Assembly (NCBI RefSeq): GCF_001194135.2
Contig: NC_068987.1
Coordinates: 11,270,643-11,334,642 of the forward strand
Origin: Octopus bimaculoides
Lineage: Eukaryota
DNA length: 64,000 nt
Direction of reading: 5' to 3'
Below are positions 26,250 through 39,161 of this stretch, in pieces; position 1 is the stretch's first letter; each line of letters begins with the position of its first letter. The position numbers were made by a program, and so were the translations under genes. The notes under the pieces were generated by a model. The model searched no databases. It was not told the origin of the DNA and was given only the letters and a program-made list of their open reading frames with translations.

Positions 26250-26474
26250 CAAGAGGGTGTTGAAAAGTTCCTGATTTTAAGGGCATCCCAAAAAGTCTGG
26301 TTGCACACCCAACCTTCTGAGTTTTTTTAATTTTTATTACAGGGCTTAGAAAAACTGAAGGACCGCTGCAATAAGTGTGAACCTGAGAGGGGAATATATT
26401 GGATAAAATCATAATTAACTGATCCTCCTGAAATATCTTTTGCCCAAAGCCAGGAAATTTTCAGCATCCCCTCA
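26250..26474 (+). mobile_element. mariner-derived MITE carrying a transposase C-terminal remnant
   Basis: TIR ..gggtgttgaaaagttcctg / ccaggaaattttcagcatcccctc; internal GLEKLKDRCNKC-NLRGEYIG* (frameshifted). Confidence 0.8.
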
Positions 26475-26504
26475 TGTGTGTGTGTTTATATATATGTATA
26501 TATA

Positions 26505-26650
26505 TGTCACCTCTAGACTGAAACAGCTGTAAGACATTGTCCCATCTTCGGTCACTAGATGTCCTTTTTAATTACTGATATGACATAATATGTCACATGT
26601 GTTTTGTATATTGTTTTTATTGTCCTCTTAGTTGAAAAATAAACAGGTAA
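26505..26650 (+). mobile_element. probable Penelope-like element 3' fragment
   Basis: GAAACAGCTGTA (hammerhead helix III half with palindromic CAGCTG) after (TA)n, followed by an AT-rich tail. Confidence 0.4.
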
Positions 26651-27346
26651 ATTGACATAATACAATGTCTGCAAGTTGATGAATACCACATATTCCCCTC
26701 CATTTTCTTATTGCTCTCTATATATATTATGTGTGTACACAGTTAAAAATGTACAGGAAAAAATACTTTACTGAATGGTTTTATGCTAACTCTATGAACT
26801 TACAACTTGCCAGAGAAAGTTACTATAAATGTACAATATTTTTCTTTCTTAATTTTCTTTCTTAATTTCCTCGTTCTCATTTGTATGTTGTTTAATGATT
26901 ATTTCCTCGGGATGGGTGCTTTGAGGGTATGATCATACATTAAAGCATATACATAAGTGGAAGCATAGCTGTGTGATTAAGAAGCACACTTCTTAATCAT
27001 ATGGTTCTGGGTTCTGTCTCGCCGCACCTCTCGCCCCAGGTTGGCCATTATCTTGTAAGTAAGTTTGGCAGGTGAAACTGTGCAGAAGAAACTTGTCATG
27101 CATTCACATATGTATGTGTGTTTTTTTTTAGTGGGGGGGGGGGGCATCTTTGTGTTAGTCTCTCAACAATTGACTACTGACATTAGTGGGTTTGGCAAAG
27201 CAAGACCAACAGAAATAAATACTAGATTTGATTTGATTGGACTAAACCATTTTGGGGGTACCTCAACATGGGGCTGCAGTCCAATGATTGAAAGAAAAGA
27301 TTCAAAAGTCTCTTTGTCTCTCTCTCTGTTTACATATATATATTTA

Positions 27347-27475
27347 TTTACATGCAGTTAAATATATGTCCGATCATAGAATGACCAATGGTTTCACATC
27401 CACAGAGAACTTAGCTTTATGGAAGTGAAACGTTTGGTGACTCTATGACCAGACATATTTTTAACTGCATGTAAA
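27347..27475. repeat. 129-bp TA-flanked palindrome (61-bp arms, 7-nt loop)
   Basis: tttacatgcagttaaatatatgtc...gacatatttttaactgcatgtaaa; ungapped, about 10 non-Watson-Crick positions. Confidence 0.85.
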
Positions 27476-27501
27476 ATACTTTACTGCTCTATCCTTTAGA
27501 G

Positions 27502-27834
27502 CATAAGTTCTCAAAGTGGGCACTACTGCCCCCCCCCCGCTGGTTGGCGTTGAGACGGTCCAGGTGGGCACTGGTACCCAAGGGGACGGTAGAGAAAAAG
27601 GAGGCGTTGAGAGGAAGGCAGTAGATTGAGGAACACTATGAATTTATTATAATATTATATTATTGTATACAAATTATATATATGATAATATATCAAATAT
27701 GAAATAATTCATAGTATATATAAATTAGTAAAGTATGAAATATTTATTCATACATAAAAATAGGAGTGGGGCCACTGAGGGTGTTTTGTGGCCATGAAGG
27801 GTGCACGGTGACCCAAAATGTTTGAGAACCTCTG
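27502..27834. mobile_element. hAT-type MITE (second family)
   Basis: Termini cataagttctcaaa / tttgagaacctctg; TSD ctttagag/ctttcaag (6/8). Confidence 0.7.
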
Positions 27835-28577
27835 CTTTCAAGTGTGCTTTGTTTTCGGATAAATGATCCACCAATGATATATATTGCTATTATGTTTTAT
27901 TGTCATATGTCCAAATTTGACCAAATTCAATATTTATTTTAGCTTTTGGTCAAACTCTCGTATCTCCAACTGCTTCAGATACCAAGATATCAAAAATTGT
28001 CAAAGTGTAGTACAATGGTTTTGCTATGAAATGGTGAAACTATTTTTTTCACAGAAAAAGCAACGTTTTGGACTTACGACACTTTTGCATATATATATGA
28101 GAAGTTGAGATAAAAACAAGTTTTTAATCTTTGGTTCCTATGTATGTTTTACCATTGTGGTTGCTTTGGAAACCTTGGATGTTCCAAGTGTAATTGAATG
28201 TTTTAACCACAATGGATCATCAAGAAAACACTTTATTACATTATGTTACTGAAAACTAATGTCTATTTGGAACTAATAATCTACGTGCAGCTCCAAACTG
28301 AAGTTTAACAGTCACATCTATTTGTGCACATAATACACTATATATGTTTACATACATACATACATACACATATACATACATGCCTATATCACTCTTTTAT
28401 CTTTCTCTTTGTCTCTCTTTTCTCTGTTTTTTTCCTTTCATCCCTTTCTGTCAAAGAGCATAGGCTCGAAATGTTTAAAACTTTTCCATTTTCCTCAAGC
28501 ATCAAAATAGTACACCTTATTCTTCTCTCACCTGTTTTTTGTTTTCTGTACATAGGAAACAAACACACATACGCTTA

Positions 28578-28629
<52 letters not shown>

Positions 28630-29106
28630 NNNNNNNNNNNNNNNNNNNNNNNNNNNNNNNNNNNNNNNNNNNNNNNNNNNNNNNNNNNNNNNNNNNNNNN
28701 NNNNNNNNNNNNNNNNNNNNNNNNNNNNNNNNNNNNNNNNNNNNNNNNNNNNNNNNNNNNNNNNNNNNNNNNNNNNNNNNNNNNNNNNNNNNNNNNNNNN
28801 NNNNNNNNNNNNNNNNNNNNNNNNNNNNNNNNNNNNNNNNNNNNNNNNNNNNNNNNNNNNNNNNNNNNNNNNNNNNNNNNNNNNNNNNNNNNNNNNNNNN
28901 NNNNNNNNNNNNNNNNNNNNNNNNNNNNNNNNNNNNNNNNNNNNNNNNNNNNNNNNNNNNNNNNNNNNNNNNNNNNNNNNNNNNNNNNNNNNNNNNNNNN
29001 NNNNNNNNNNNNNNNNNNNNNNNNNNNNNNNNNNNNNNNNNNNNNNNNNNNNNNNNNNNNNNNNNNNNNNNNNNNNNNNNNNNNNNNNNNNNNNNNNNNN
29101 NNNNNN

Positions 29107-29155
<49 letters not shown>

Positions 29156-30152
29156 ACATGAACCTAGTTTATATGTTTTGTTTAAATACTCTATTTGCTG
29201 CGGGACTGCATCTGGGGAGGGCTCTCTACACAACACTGAGTGTCCCAGACCAAGCAAGAAAACTTGCCTAGAAATGATCAAAAGTGGTAGATAGAGATAA
29301 ATTTTGGCATTATTGTAGCCCACCAATGCCATGTACTTGGATCACTTCGAAACAAAATGAATGGCTGGTCTGGAACTTACATGCAAATAGTGAACTCTAT
29401 ATACTGATGTGCTCTGATGCAGCACGTGCTAAAGGAAATTAAATTATGAATTAAAAACAGCTCTCATAATGTAAACATTATACACACACACACACACACA
29501 CACATGGCTTTGGTATTGGATAGTTCGGTAACTCAGAGTTCCATGTGTTTGGATCTCTGGTGTGAATCCTTGGATCCTCTTGATAACCACCTCCGAAGCT
29601 GAAAATACTTGTCATTATTGTAAAACATGGAACATTCCAGCAACAACAACAACAAAATTCATAGGGTCCACTCATATATATTAACTTCCTTATTTCTTTG
29701 AGGTTACATATTTCCTGCACCCTAATTCAGTCACCCCTGTGACAAAATATATAAATAATTCCTTACTGAAAGATGGGGCAGTCTATGGTGTTGGTATTCT
29801 GCTTTGTGATTTATGAAATAGAATGTTGAAAAAGTATTTTAAGCTTCTAAATATTTATTTTTAACCCTTTTGATACCTACCTGCCTAAAACTGCTCCTGA
29901 TTCAAAGTAATCTGATTTTAAATGTTCCAACTAAATTTCATGTTAATTTTATGTTCGAAACATCAGCTTAATAAGAACATAGTTATTTTACTAAACTCTT
30001 ATTTTAAAAATTAATTGAAATTAAGACAGTATATTTCAGCAGAAATATAACTAAAAAAGACTTGAGCATGTGTTTCTTTTCAAGATATACATATTTATAT
30101 ACATATACATACATATATATGTATATATACACATACATATATATGTATATAT

Positions 30153-30200
<48 letters not shown>

Positions 30201-30420
30201 NNNNNNNNNNNNNNNNNNNNNNNNNNNNNNNNNNNNNNNNNNNNNNNNNNNNNNNNNNNNNNNNNNNNNNNNNNNNNNNNNNNNNNNNNNNNNNNNNNNN
30301 NNNNNNNNNNNNNNNNNNNNNNNNNNNNNNNNNNNNNNNNNNNNNNNNNNNNNNNNNNNNNNNNNNNNNNNNNNNNNNNNNNNNNNNNNNNNNNNNNNNN
30401 NNNNNNNNNNNNNNNNNNNN

Positions 30421-30488
<68 letters not shown>

Positions 30489-31699
30489 TTTGTTAATGAA
30501 GGAAAGGAATTTGTAAAATAATTTTGATTAATGATAGCTGTGGATAATAGGTGCAGGCATAGCTGAGTGGTAAGAAGTCTGCTTCCCAACCACATGGTTC
30601 CTGGTTCAGTCGTACCATGGAACTTCAAGCATATGTCATTTACTATAGCAGGCCAATCAAATCCTCATGTCGTGGAAACTGAAAGAAGCCCATGTGTTTA
30701 TTCACCCCATAGCTTAGCAGATAAACAAAGAAACCTATAGAATAAATACCAGATTTAAAAACAAAGAAATTAAATTTTAAAAAAAAACCCAGTTACTGGG
30801 GGGGGGGGGTCAACTCCAACTAAAACCCTTTGAAAGGTAGTTACCCCAGCATGGCTGCAGCAAAAAAGATGGTAAGCCTGGGTTCTCTTTGACATAGTTT
30901 TCATGTTTCAACGTCAGTGTATCTCTTATTTCCCCCCCTCCGCTGGTTGTGTGTATCTTGTTATTTCCCTGTGTTTCATGTCTGTCTGTTATTTCCTCTC
31001 TTAGCAATGGTATTCCCATCAACTTCTGACCTCTAACTATTCAAGCCCAACATTTAACTACACTGACCTTACTCAAGTCATTTCCACTCCTTTACAAAGT
31101 CTGTTGTGTGGCCTAACCTTAAACTCTTATGCCACATCCCTTTCAGTAGTAGTAGTAGTAGCAGCAGCAGTGGTAGTAATAGTAGTGTGTGTCTGGCAGT
31201 GTACTGAGAAACCTTATAATTTTCTCCTATGTAAATGACATATATATAGCCTACATTTCTGTTATAGAATCCAAAATATTTTGTTTCACAGTTGCTGTAG
31301 CAACCAGTGTTGCTTGTTAAAAACTCTGGAATGATGGGGAGAAACCAAAGTGTATAGTTTCAGCCCGTTCTTTGTAGAATAAATAATTTAATATACAGGC
31401 ATAGTGGCTAAATGGCTTTCAACATGGAGTGAAGTGAGAATGTGTGTGAGTGTGAGTGACAAGCCAGAGTGGAGAGCCAGGGTTTAGAAACATCTTGTCT
31501 CTTGTATTAAGTGACCTGGTGTTGGGTGGTTTTTTTTAGTGAGGATGAATGGAGAGAAGTGTGAAAATGAGGTTGGTAAATGTTCTGAAGGAACTAAGAA
31601 TAGAAATTGAAGAAATAGTTGCACACACACACACACACACATACATACATATGCATATATGTGTTAAGAGTGTGTGTGTATATGTATGCACGTATATTG

Positions 31700-31746
<47 letters not shown>

Positions 31747-32059
31747 NNNNNNNNNNNNNNNNNNNNNNNNNNNNNNNNNNNNNNNNNNNNNNNNNNNNNN
31801 NNNNNNNNNNNNNNNNNNNNNNNNNNNNNNNNNNNNNNNNNNNNNNTGTGTGTGTGTGTGTGTATTCATATGGTGGGCTCTCACCGTTTCCGTCTACCAA
31901 ATTCTAGTCACAAGGTATGAGCCAAACCTTGTGAGTCATTTCATTTTAAAATATCTTTTGAAAATTTTTACAATTTTCATCTTTAACAAACTACCATATA
32001 ACAAAAAATTTTTTTTTTTTTGAGAAATTGTAAAGAAATTTGATGTTTAGCTTTCCTCG

Positions 32060-32104
<45 letters not shown>

Positions 32105-32429
32105 AAGTCAACACTATCATTTTCACAGGTTATTCTTCATTGACTTAATATCAGATTGTTAAAATCTCGTTCTATCAATAGTTCATTTCCATCAGATCAA
32201 TGATCTCACCTATTAGCTATCATTGCCTGATCAATATTACATCATAAAGTAAATAAATAAATAAATAAATAAACAAAAAAAAAAAAACAAATAATAGAAA
32301 CTGGAGAAAAATGTTGCTATGTAACCACTATTAATTAGGATGTAATCATTTATTTTCTAACAAATGAGTTTTGTTGTATCTGTTAACAACGAAAATCTGA
32401 CCACTGGCTGGTTATTTTTTATCGTTTAC

Positions 32430-32644
32430 TTGCTTTAGTCATTAGACTGTGGCCATGCTGGAGCACTGCCTTGAAATTCTTGAATTTTGAGTCAAATGAA
32501 TCAAACCCAGTGCTTTTCCTTTTCTCTCTTTTTGTTAATCCTGGTTCTTATTCTATTAATCTCTTTTGCCAAACTGCTAAGTCACGTGGACGTAAACAGA
32601 CTAACACCGGTTGTCAAGCCGGTCATGGTGGGATGAGGACAGAA

Positions 32645-32696
<52 letters not shown>

Positions 32697-32835
32697 TTCA
32701 CGGGCTTTTTATTTAGTTTCCGTCTATCAAATCCACTCGCAAGGTTTTGGTTGTCCAAGGTGCCATGCCGTGGAATTGAATCCAGAACCATGTACTCAAG
32801 AAGCAAGCTTCTTACCACACAGCCATGCCTACGAA
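32430..32835 (-). mobile_element. SINE family A copy
   Basis: Same A consensus with central (CA)n. Confidence 0.8.
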
Positions 32836-33820
32836 GCTCTTCTGAATTTCATTTTAACTCGATAATAAAACTATATTCCTCTGGGTAGTGAACAATATTA
32901 GGAATGAACAAACAAATCAAATTGAATCTTGTACAATTGTTTAAGGGGATCAATTTGTTCAACTAAACTGTTTAACTCTTTTGTAACCAACCCAGCTGAA
33001 ACCACCTCTGGCTCTGAGTACAAATGTTTTGTTTTCATAAGTTCTGAATTAAAATCTTCCACCAAACCTTAGTCACAATTTATGTTCCTAACACTAGCGT
33101 AATGATAACTAAGTTATTTTACTAAATTCTTTGTTATATTTAAAATTAATTGAAAGAAACACAATGTGTGTGTGGCCTAATGGTTAGGATGTTGGACACA
33201 CGATCGTGAGATTGTGGTTTCAATTTTTAGACTGGGTGGTGTGTTGTGTTCTTGAGCAGAACACTTCATCCCATGTTGCTCTGCAATCACTTTGACACAC
33301 GACGCATGGCACACAGTGCACCTATTCAGACAACCTCGACTTGATGGAGAGAGTGAACTAATGCGTGGCATGAACATTTGATCACTATAAGCAAATCGTT
33401 TGTGCAAGTCATTCAGCAAAAGCTGAATGCTCATTCATTGTCTCCAAAGGGAGAGTCCATTATATATACATATGTATATATATAAATATATAGTTTTAGG
33501 GAAAAGTACCAAGGTTCATGATCTCATCGCTGAAAATCCACTGTCACATATAGAAAAATTAATAATTAAAAGCACAATAAATAAGTATAATATAATACAA
33601 AGCAAATATCATAAGATAATGATAATAAGATGAGTCATTTTAACATCCATTTTTCCTTGCATGTAAGGGCTGGACAGAATTTTCGTTAAAAGTGGATTTT
33701 CTATGCCCTTCTTGTCACCCCCTCCACCTGTTTCCAAGACCACCAGATAAGCACCTGTGGGGATATCTGTTTCATGACTGCATACAATTTTTGCCGGTAC
33801 TATATTCAATTGAGAAATCA

Positions 33821-34138
33821 TCAAAGATCGAGGTCCTTGTGTTTGTAGCAATTTTGGGGAGTTTTAATTGTGTTGTTTCTTAAACAAAGAGAGTGTAATG
33901 TACAGGAGTCTTTTGTTGGTGAGTGTAATGATTGAATCATCGTCCTGTTGAAAGGGATTTGGTTGGCTGTCTTGTCATTGAAGAAAGTTTTCGATATCTC
34001 TGTTTGGAAGCTATGAATGAAGTGCTTGTGTGATGTATCAAAGTTACATATGAGTGGTGGTTGTGTGTCAGAGATTAAGGAGCTAAAGTTATTGATCTCG
34101 TCTTTAAGAGTTGTGCAAATTACTTCACTGCACTTCAT
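33821..34138 (-). pseudogene. decayed APE-type endonuclease fragment (LINE or Helitron derived)
   Basis: ORF SSLISDTQPPLICNFDTSH...IQSLHSPTKDSCTLHSLCLRNN weakly follows the ...GDFN... and ...PT...TLD... endonuclease motif order; catalytic residues are lost. Confidence 0.4.
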
Positions 34139-34179
34139 GCAAGCAATATTTTGTATATGTGTATATATGTATATCTTCT

Positions 34180-34530
34180 ACATGTTTCAATCATTTGACT
34201 GTGGCCATGCTGAGGCACCACTTTGAAGGGTTTTAGTCGAACAAATTGACCCTAAGACTTATTTTTCGAAGCCTAGTACTAATTCCATCAGTCGCTTTTG
34301 CCGAACTGCTAAGTTACAGGGACGTAAACACACTATCACCAGTTGTCAAATGGTGGTGAGGAACAAACACAGACAGAGAGAGAGACACACACACATACAT
34401 ATGTGATGGGCTTCTTTCAGTTTCTGTCTACCAAATCCACTTTCAAGGCTTTGGTTAGCCTGAGGCTATAGTAGAAGACACTTGCCTAGAGTGCCACGCA
34501 GTGGGAATGAACCTGGAACCATGTGGTTCC
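34180..34530 (-). mobile_element. SINE family A copy
   Basis: Same A consensus. Confidence 0.8.
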
Positions 34531-35237
34531 AGGTTGTTGTTATTAAATCAGATGTTTAGCATAAAGTGGTCCAGTTTACTACTTTCAAATTTATGGAAGA
34601 TAATCAGTTTTTGTATTAACTATTTTATTTTCTTTGATTTAGTGGTTGTGTGGTTTAGAAGCTTGCTTCTCAACCATGCAATCTCGGGTTCAGTTTCAGT
34701 GTGCTGCACCTTGGACAAGTGCTTATTGTAGCCTTGGGCCCACCAAAGCCTTGTGAGTGGATTTGGTTGACAGAAACTTAAAAAAAAAGCCCATTGTATG
34801 TGTCTTATCTTTCACCTTTTGTTTGTTTCAGTCTTTAGACTGCGGCCATGCTGGGGCACCGTCTTGAATTTTTAGCCAAATGAATCAACCCCAATACTTC
34901 TTTTTTAAACCTGGTACCAATTCTGGGGTTCTCTTTTGCCCCGCTTGTTTTGACCTGTAATGATTGCAGATGAGCATTGCTGGCACACAAGTGGTGTTTG
35001 CTTGTTTCTAGTATATCTGGCCACAGGAGCAGATATTAAATTTGCTTGGAGCCAAAAGTCATTGAAAGAAAATCTGCCTCAACAAATTCCATCTGACCCA
35101 TGCAAGCATGGAAAAGTAGGCATTAAACTTATGAAGGGAACTATGGGGTGATGTTCTTTTATTCTTTTATTAGTTTCAGCTCAAGGGTTGTGGCCATACT
35201 GGGGCATTGCCAACTAGTGCTGCCACACCTCAATAAA

Positions 35238-35679
35238 CCCTTTAGCATTTAAACCTGCCATATCCAGCCAAAATATTCTTTTCTACTCTAGGTACAAGGC
35301 TTGAAACTTTTGGAGAAGGGAGCAGTTGATTAGATCAACCCAGTATGCAACTAGTACTTTATTTATCGACCCCAAAAGAATAAAAGGCAAAGTCAGCCTC
35401 GGTAGAATTTGAACTCAGAACGTAAAGACAAACGAAATACCGCTAAGCATTTTGCCTGGTGTGCTAACATTTCTGCCATCTTGCCACTTTATCCAGCCAA
35501 AATATTCTGCCTGCTTTATATTCAAACTGGCCAGTTCCTATCACTCACACATATCCAACAATGTCAGTGTAAAAATAAACAGTCACATCATTGAAATCCC
35601 AAAGCTGTGAGGTTGTGCATGACTAATTCAAAACAATGTGAATGGATAAGTTCTACAGAGTAGTCTGAATGCTAAGGGG
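35238..35679. mobile_element. piggyBac-type MITE interrupted by a SINE B
   Basis: Termini ccctttagcatt / aatgctaagggg-TTAA; the insert is flanked by a 19-bp TSD. Confidence 0.75.
35280..35489 (-). mobile_element. SINE B with 19-bp target-site duplication
   Basis: tatccagccaaaatattct at 35261-35279 and 35490-35508. Confidence 0.9.
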
Positions 35680-35988
35680 TTAATCCTCTTTAAATATTTG
35701 GTGAATGTAGAAGTTTGATGTTGCTGCCCTCTTTCCCAACTGTGAAGTCGACTCCTCTGGAACTCTCAACAGTAGGAGATTTAGTTTCCTTCTGAAGACA
35801 TGTACATCCTTCAGGAATATATTGAACTGCTGTGGGCCCTCAAATCCCATGCATATGAATCACTTAGACATTAGAAGTGACAGTGGATAAAACCAATTCG
35901 GTTTTTTGTTAGTTAAAGCTTACCGAACATGGAACTTTCCTAATTTCAATTACAGCACAGATTCTGCTTGAGCCAAATAATAATGTAA

Positions 35989-36030
<42 letters not shown>

Positions 36031-38811
36031 GAATACAGTTATCGGTTCCGCGTCTATTATTTGCCACTGAAAGCAATCTAGGGAGATTGTGTTCTTGATC
36101 GTATGGTATTGATTTCCAGATCTCTTGGGGTGGTTAGCATAAACTGATATAATTTCCTTTTGCCTCTTCCAGGACCTGAAGAGATGAACTCATTGCTGTA
36201 AATATTTAATGAAACACTAAGAATAGAGAAATTTCTATGCCATTGAGTGCATCTCTGTGTGATTGCTTGATCTACTAGATTTAGCAGCCAAATCTCTCTT
36301 GAATCTTATTCTACCATTTTAAGCCTTTAACATTCAGATTACTCTGTCAAATGTAATGCTTATTTATTCACATTGTTTTGAATTAATTATGCATTATCTT
36401 ACAGCTTTGAAATCTTCATGATATGATTGTCTGTGTTTAGAATGATATTGTAGGGAAGGTGTGAAAGGCTGGATTTGGCCAATTTGAACAAAAGTAGGTA
36501 GATTATTTAGGCTGGATGAAACTTTTGACCCTTTATCATTTAGATTAATCTCTCAAATGTAATGCTTATTTATTCATTGTTTTGAATTTATTATGCATTA
36601 TCTCATAGCTTCAAAATTTCACTGGTCTGATTATGTTTAGAAAAACATTGATGTTTAGCCAAACGGTCACCGCTTTTAGTAGTCCGTAAATGTGCCTGGT
36701 AGTTGAGCGTGTGATGCTTGGCTAAATTAAATCTTCTTCAGGTTTGGAAGGTAGGTTGGTCGCTTGATTGGTCCAAAACGAAACAACATGGAGGCTACGG
36801 TGGTGCTAGTAGTGTGCGCGAGAATGCCTCCAAGAAGGCCATGTTGTGTGTTCTGTCCGCTCGCTCATTGAGACAACTTGCTGAGTAGCTAACATTGATG
36901 TGAGTGAAAGAACTACGTGCCCAGAGAGTTCTAAAGTGAAAGAAGAAAGACTCTCTAGTGAGAAATGGCAACTATCATGCTTTTTATACAAATGCCAAAC
37001 TGGAAGCAGATGGAAACGTTCCATTCTAACCAATCATGGAGAACGACACAAAAGGTGCAACCACACAAAGTCGACTGAGCCAACTTTGAAATGAAGACAT
37101 GTGTATTTGCATGTAAGCCATATCAAACAAACACAGAGCTGCTACAGATGGATATGTGAAAAGCCAGACCCAACAGTTTGAGCATAAAACAGAATATTTG
37201 GGGCCAGATATGGCCAGTTAAAATGCTTAAGAGCTTGCGTGTTAAGTTTCTGAATTACTCTTAAAGATGCATGGAAGCTGTTCAGCATCTGCTGTTAGGC
37301 TTGGATTCTAAGAAAACATTTCGTATATTTCTCTCTCTAGTAAGAAGACTTCATATTTATAGTTCTTTCATATGGATATAACTTGGTTAATTAACAGGTT
37401 TTGGTTTCAGAGTACCATTCACAGTTCTTTCATTGATTAGTTATTTTAGGATTAATTGAAAAGCGCATTCAAACTCCAAGCAAGCTTAATTTTTAAACTT
37501 ATGTATATATTTATGTATATATATATTTACACACACACACACATTTTATGTTTTTGTTTAAAATTCCTAAAGCTATATGCAGAACTATATTTTGCTGTAT
37601 TTGTCATATTCAATATACCATAAATAATTTTATTTATTTATCGTTACCTTATAAATATAGAATTTCTTTTCAGTTCTTCAAAATATTTTAAATGTAACTT
37701 AGAGCTTTACTTAGATTAATTACATCTACACAAAGTTTCAGGAAATATCTTTGAAGTTACATTTTCACCTTTCTCTTTACGTTTTACATAAAGAAAGTGT
37801 GTAGTTATAATTCCCCAAACAAGCAAACTATGTTTGAATAGTGTAAGAATTCAAAGTAATATATTTTACCAAACCTTTAAAACTTTGTTTGTTTAGGAGC
37901 TATGCTTTTAAGTTTTAGCATTCAAATTACTTTATCAAATGTAATTCTTATTCATTCACATTGTTTTAAAGTATTATGCGTTATCTCATAGCTTCAAGAT
38001 TTTGATGATGTGATTGCTTAGTTTTAGAAGGGCATTGCCGGGTGGGTGTGAGCAGTTGGATCTAGCTAGTGTGAACATATAACAGGTAAAAATATCTGGG
38101 CCGGATATGGCTGGTTTCAATGCTAAAGAGTTATGCATACAGAATTTTTTAGTTGAGTTAACATGGTTGCATCTAGTGTAGTTTACCAGGGTTCTACTAT
38201 GGTTAAAATTGGCTTATTGTATCATCCCTTGGGAGATCTAAAGAGCAAACATTATGGCCCTTTCCAGTTCTGTTGATTTAGTATAATTTAATCTGTATGT
38301 AAACTATTTTTATATTTAATTAAGGAGGTGCAGGTGTAGTTCTGTAGTTAAGAAGCTTGCTTACCAACCATGTTGTCCCCAGTTCAGTCCCACTGCATGG
38401 CACCTTGTGCAAATGTCTTGTGCTAGAGCCCCAGGTATCCAAAGCCTTGTGAGTGGATTTTGTTTAAAAGAAACCAAAAGAAGCTCATTATGTGTGTGTG
38501 TGTTTACCCTTGAGCACCATCAGCATACAAACAAGATTGTTTGTTTCCAGTCTTTTGTGAAAAGCTTGTCTAACCATGGGAAATATTACCTTACTTGGGA
38601 AATGGATGAGGGTTGGTGACAGGAAGAGCATCCAACTGTAGATAATTTGCCTCAACAAATTCTGTCTGACCCATGCAAGTATATTAAGTAATAAAGATGA
38701 ATGAATGATGATGGAATAACTTTATTTCTTCATTTACTATTACTACTGCTCATTCTCTAGCGTCTGTATAAAATGGATTATAGCTTATAAATCGAGTCTC
38801 TAAAGTAACAC

Positions 38812-39161
38812 ATTATGCTCTGCTATGGCGGAGGTATTGTTTTCAGTTGTGTTTGTTTGTTTGTCCATGGACAAGATGTCTCAAGAACTGCTGGATGGAT
38901 TTGGATAACACTTTCAGGGATGTTTGGCATGAACTGATTATATTTTGGGATTGATCCAGTACCAGACAAGGATTCTGGATTATTTTTGATGTTATTCTAC
39001 TTAATTTTTGATAGCGGCTGGCGTCATTTTTAGTATTTTCGTTTGTGAGAGCAGTCGAGTTTATTTCAGATATTCTCATTTTAAAAATCTTCTCTCGCTA
39101 ATCATTGAGAGGACGCTGGTGTTGTCTCGGCAGAGGTTTGTACTCTCTGAGTGCTCATGTT
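38812..39161 (+). mobile_element. Helentron-associated non-autonomous element (HINE/DINE-1-like)
   Basis: 5' ctctgct-atg-gcggag hairpin and sub-TIR, (tttg)n tract, 3' ctcggcagagg sub-TIR followed by hairpin gtactc-tct-gagtgc. Confidence 0.7.

Noticed and set aside
26632-26646. 15-nt microexon-like LKNKQ
   Set aside because: Lies inside a probable repeat (Penelope-like) tail
32165-32235. Minus strand TGAGATCATTG, identical to the first 11 nt of bantam, in a weak hairpin
   Set aside because: The remainder does not match, the seed is poorly paired and the stem is too short for a pre-miRNA
35700-35870. KH-like GKEGSNIK (minus) and EF-hand-like VDSSGTLNS (plus) peptides
   Set aside because: Short motifs in frames bounded by stops, without convincing splice sites; likely coincidence
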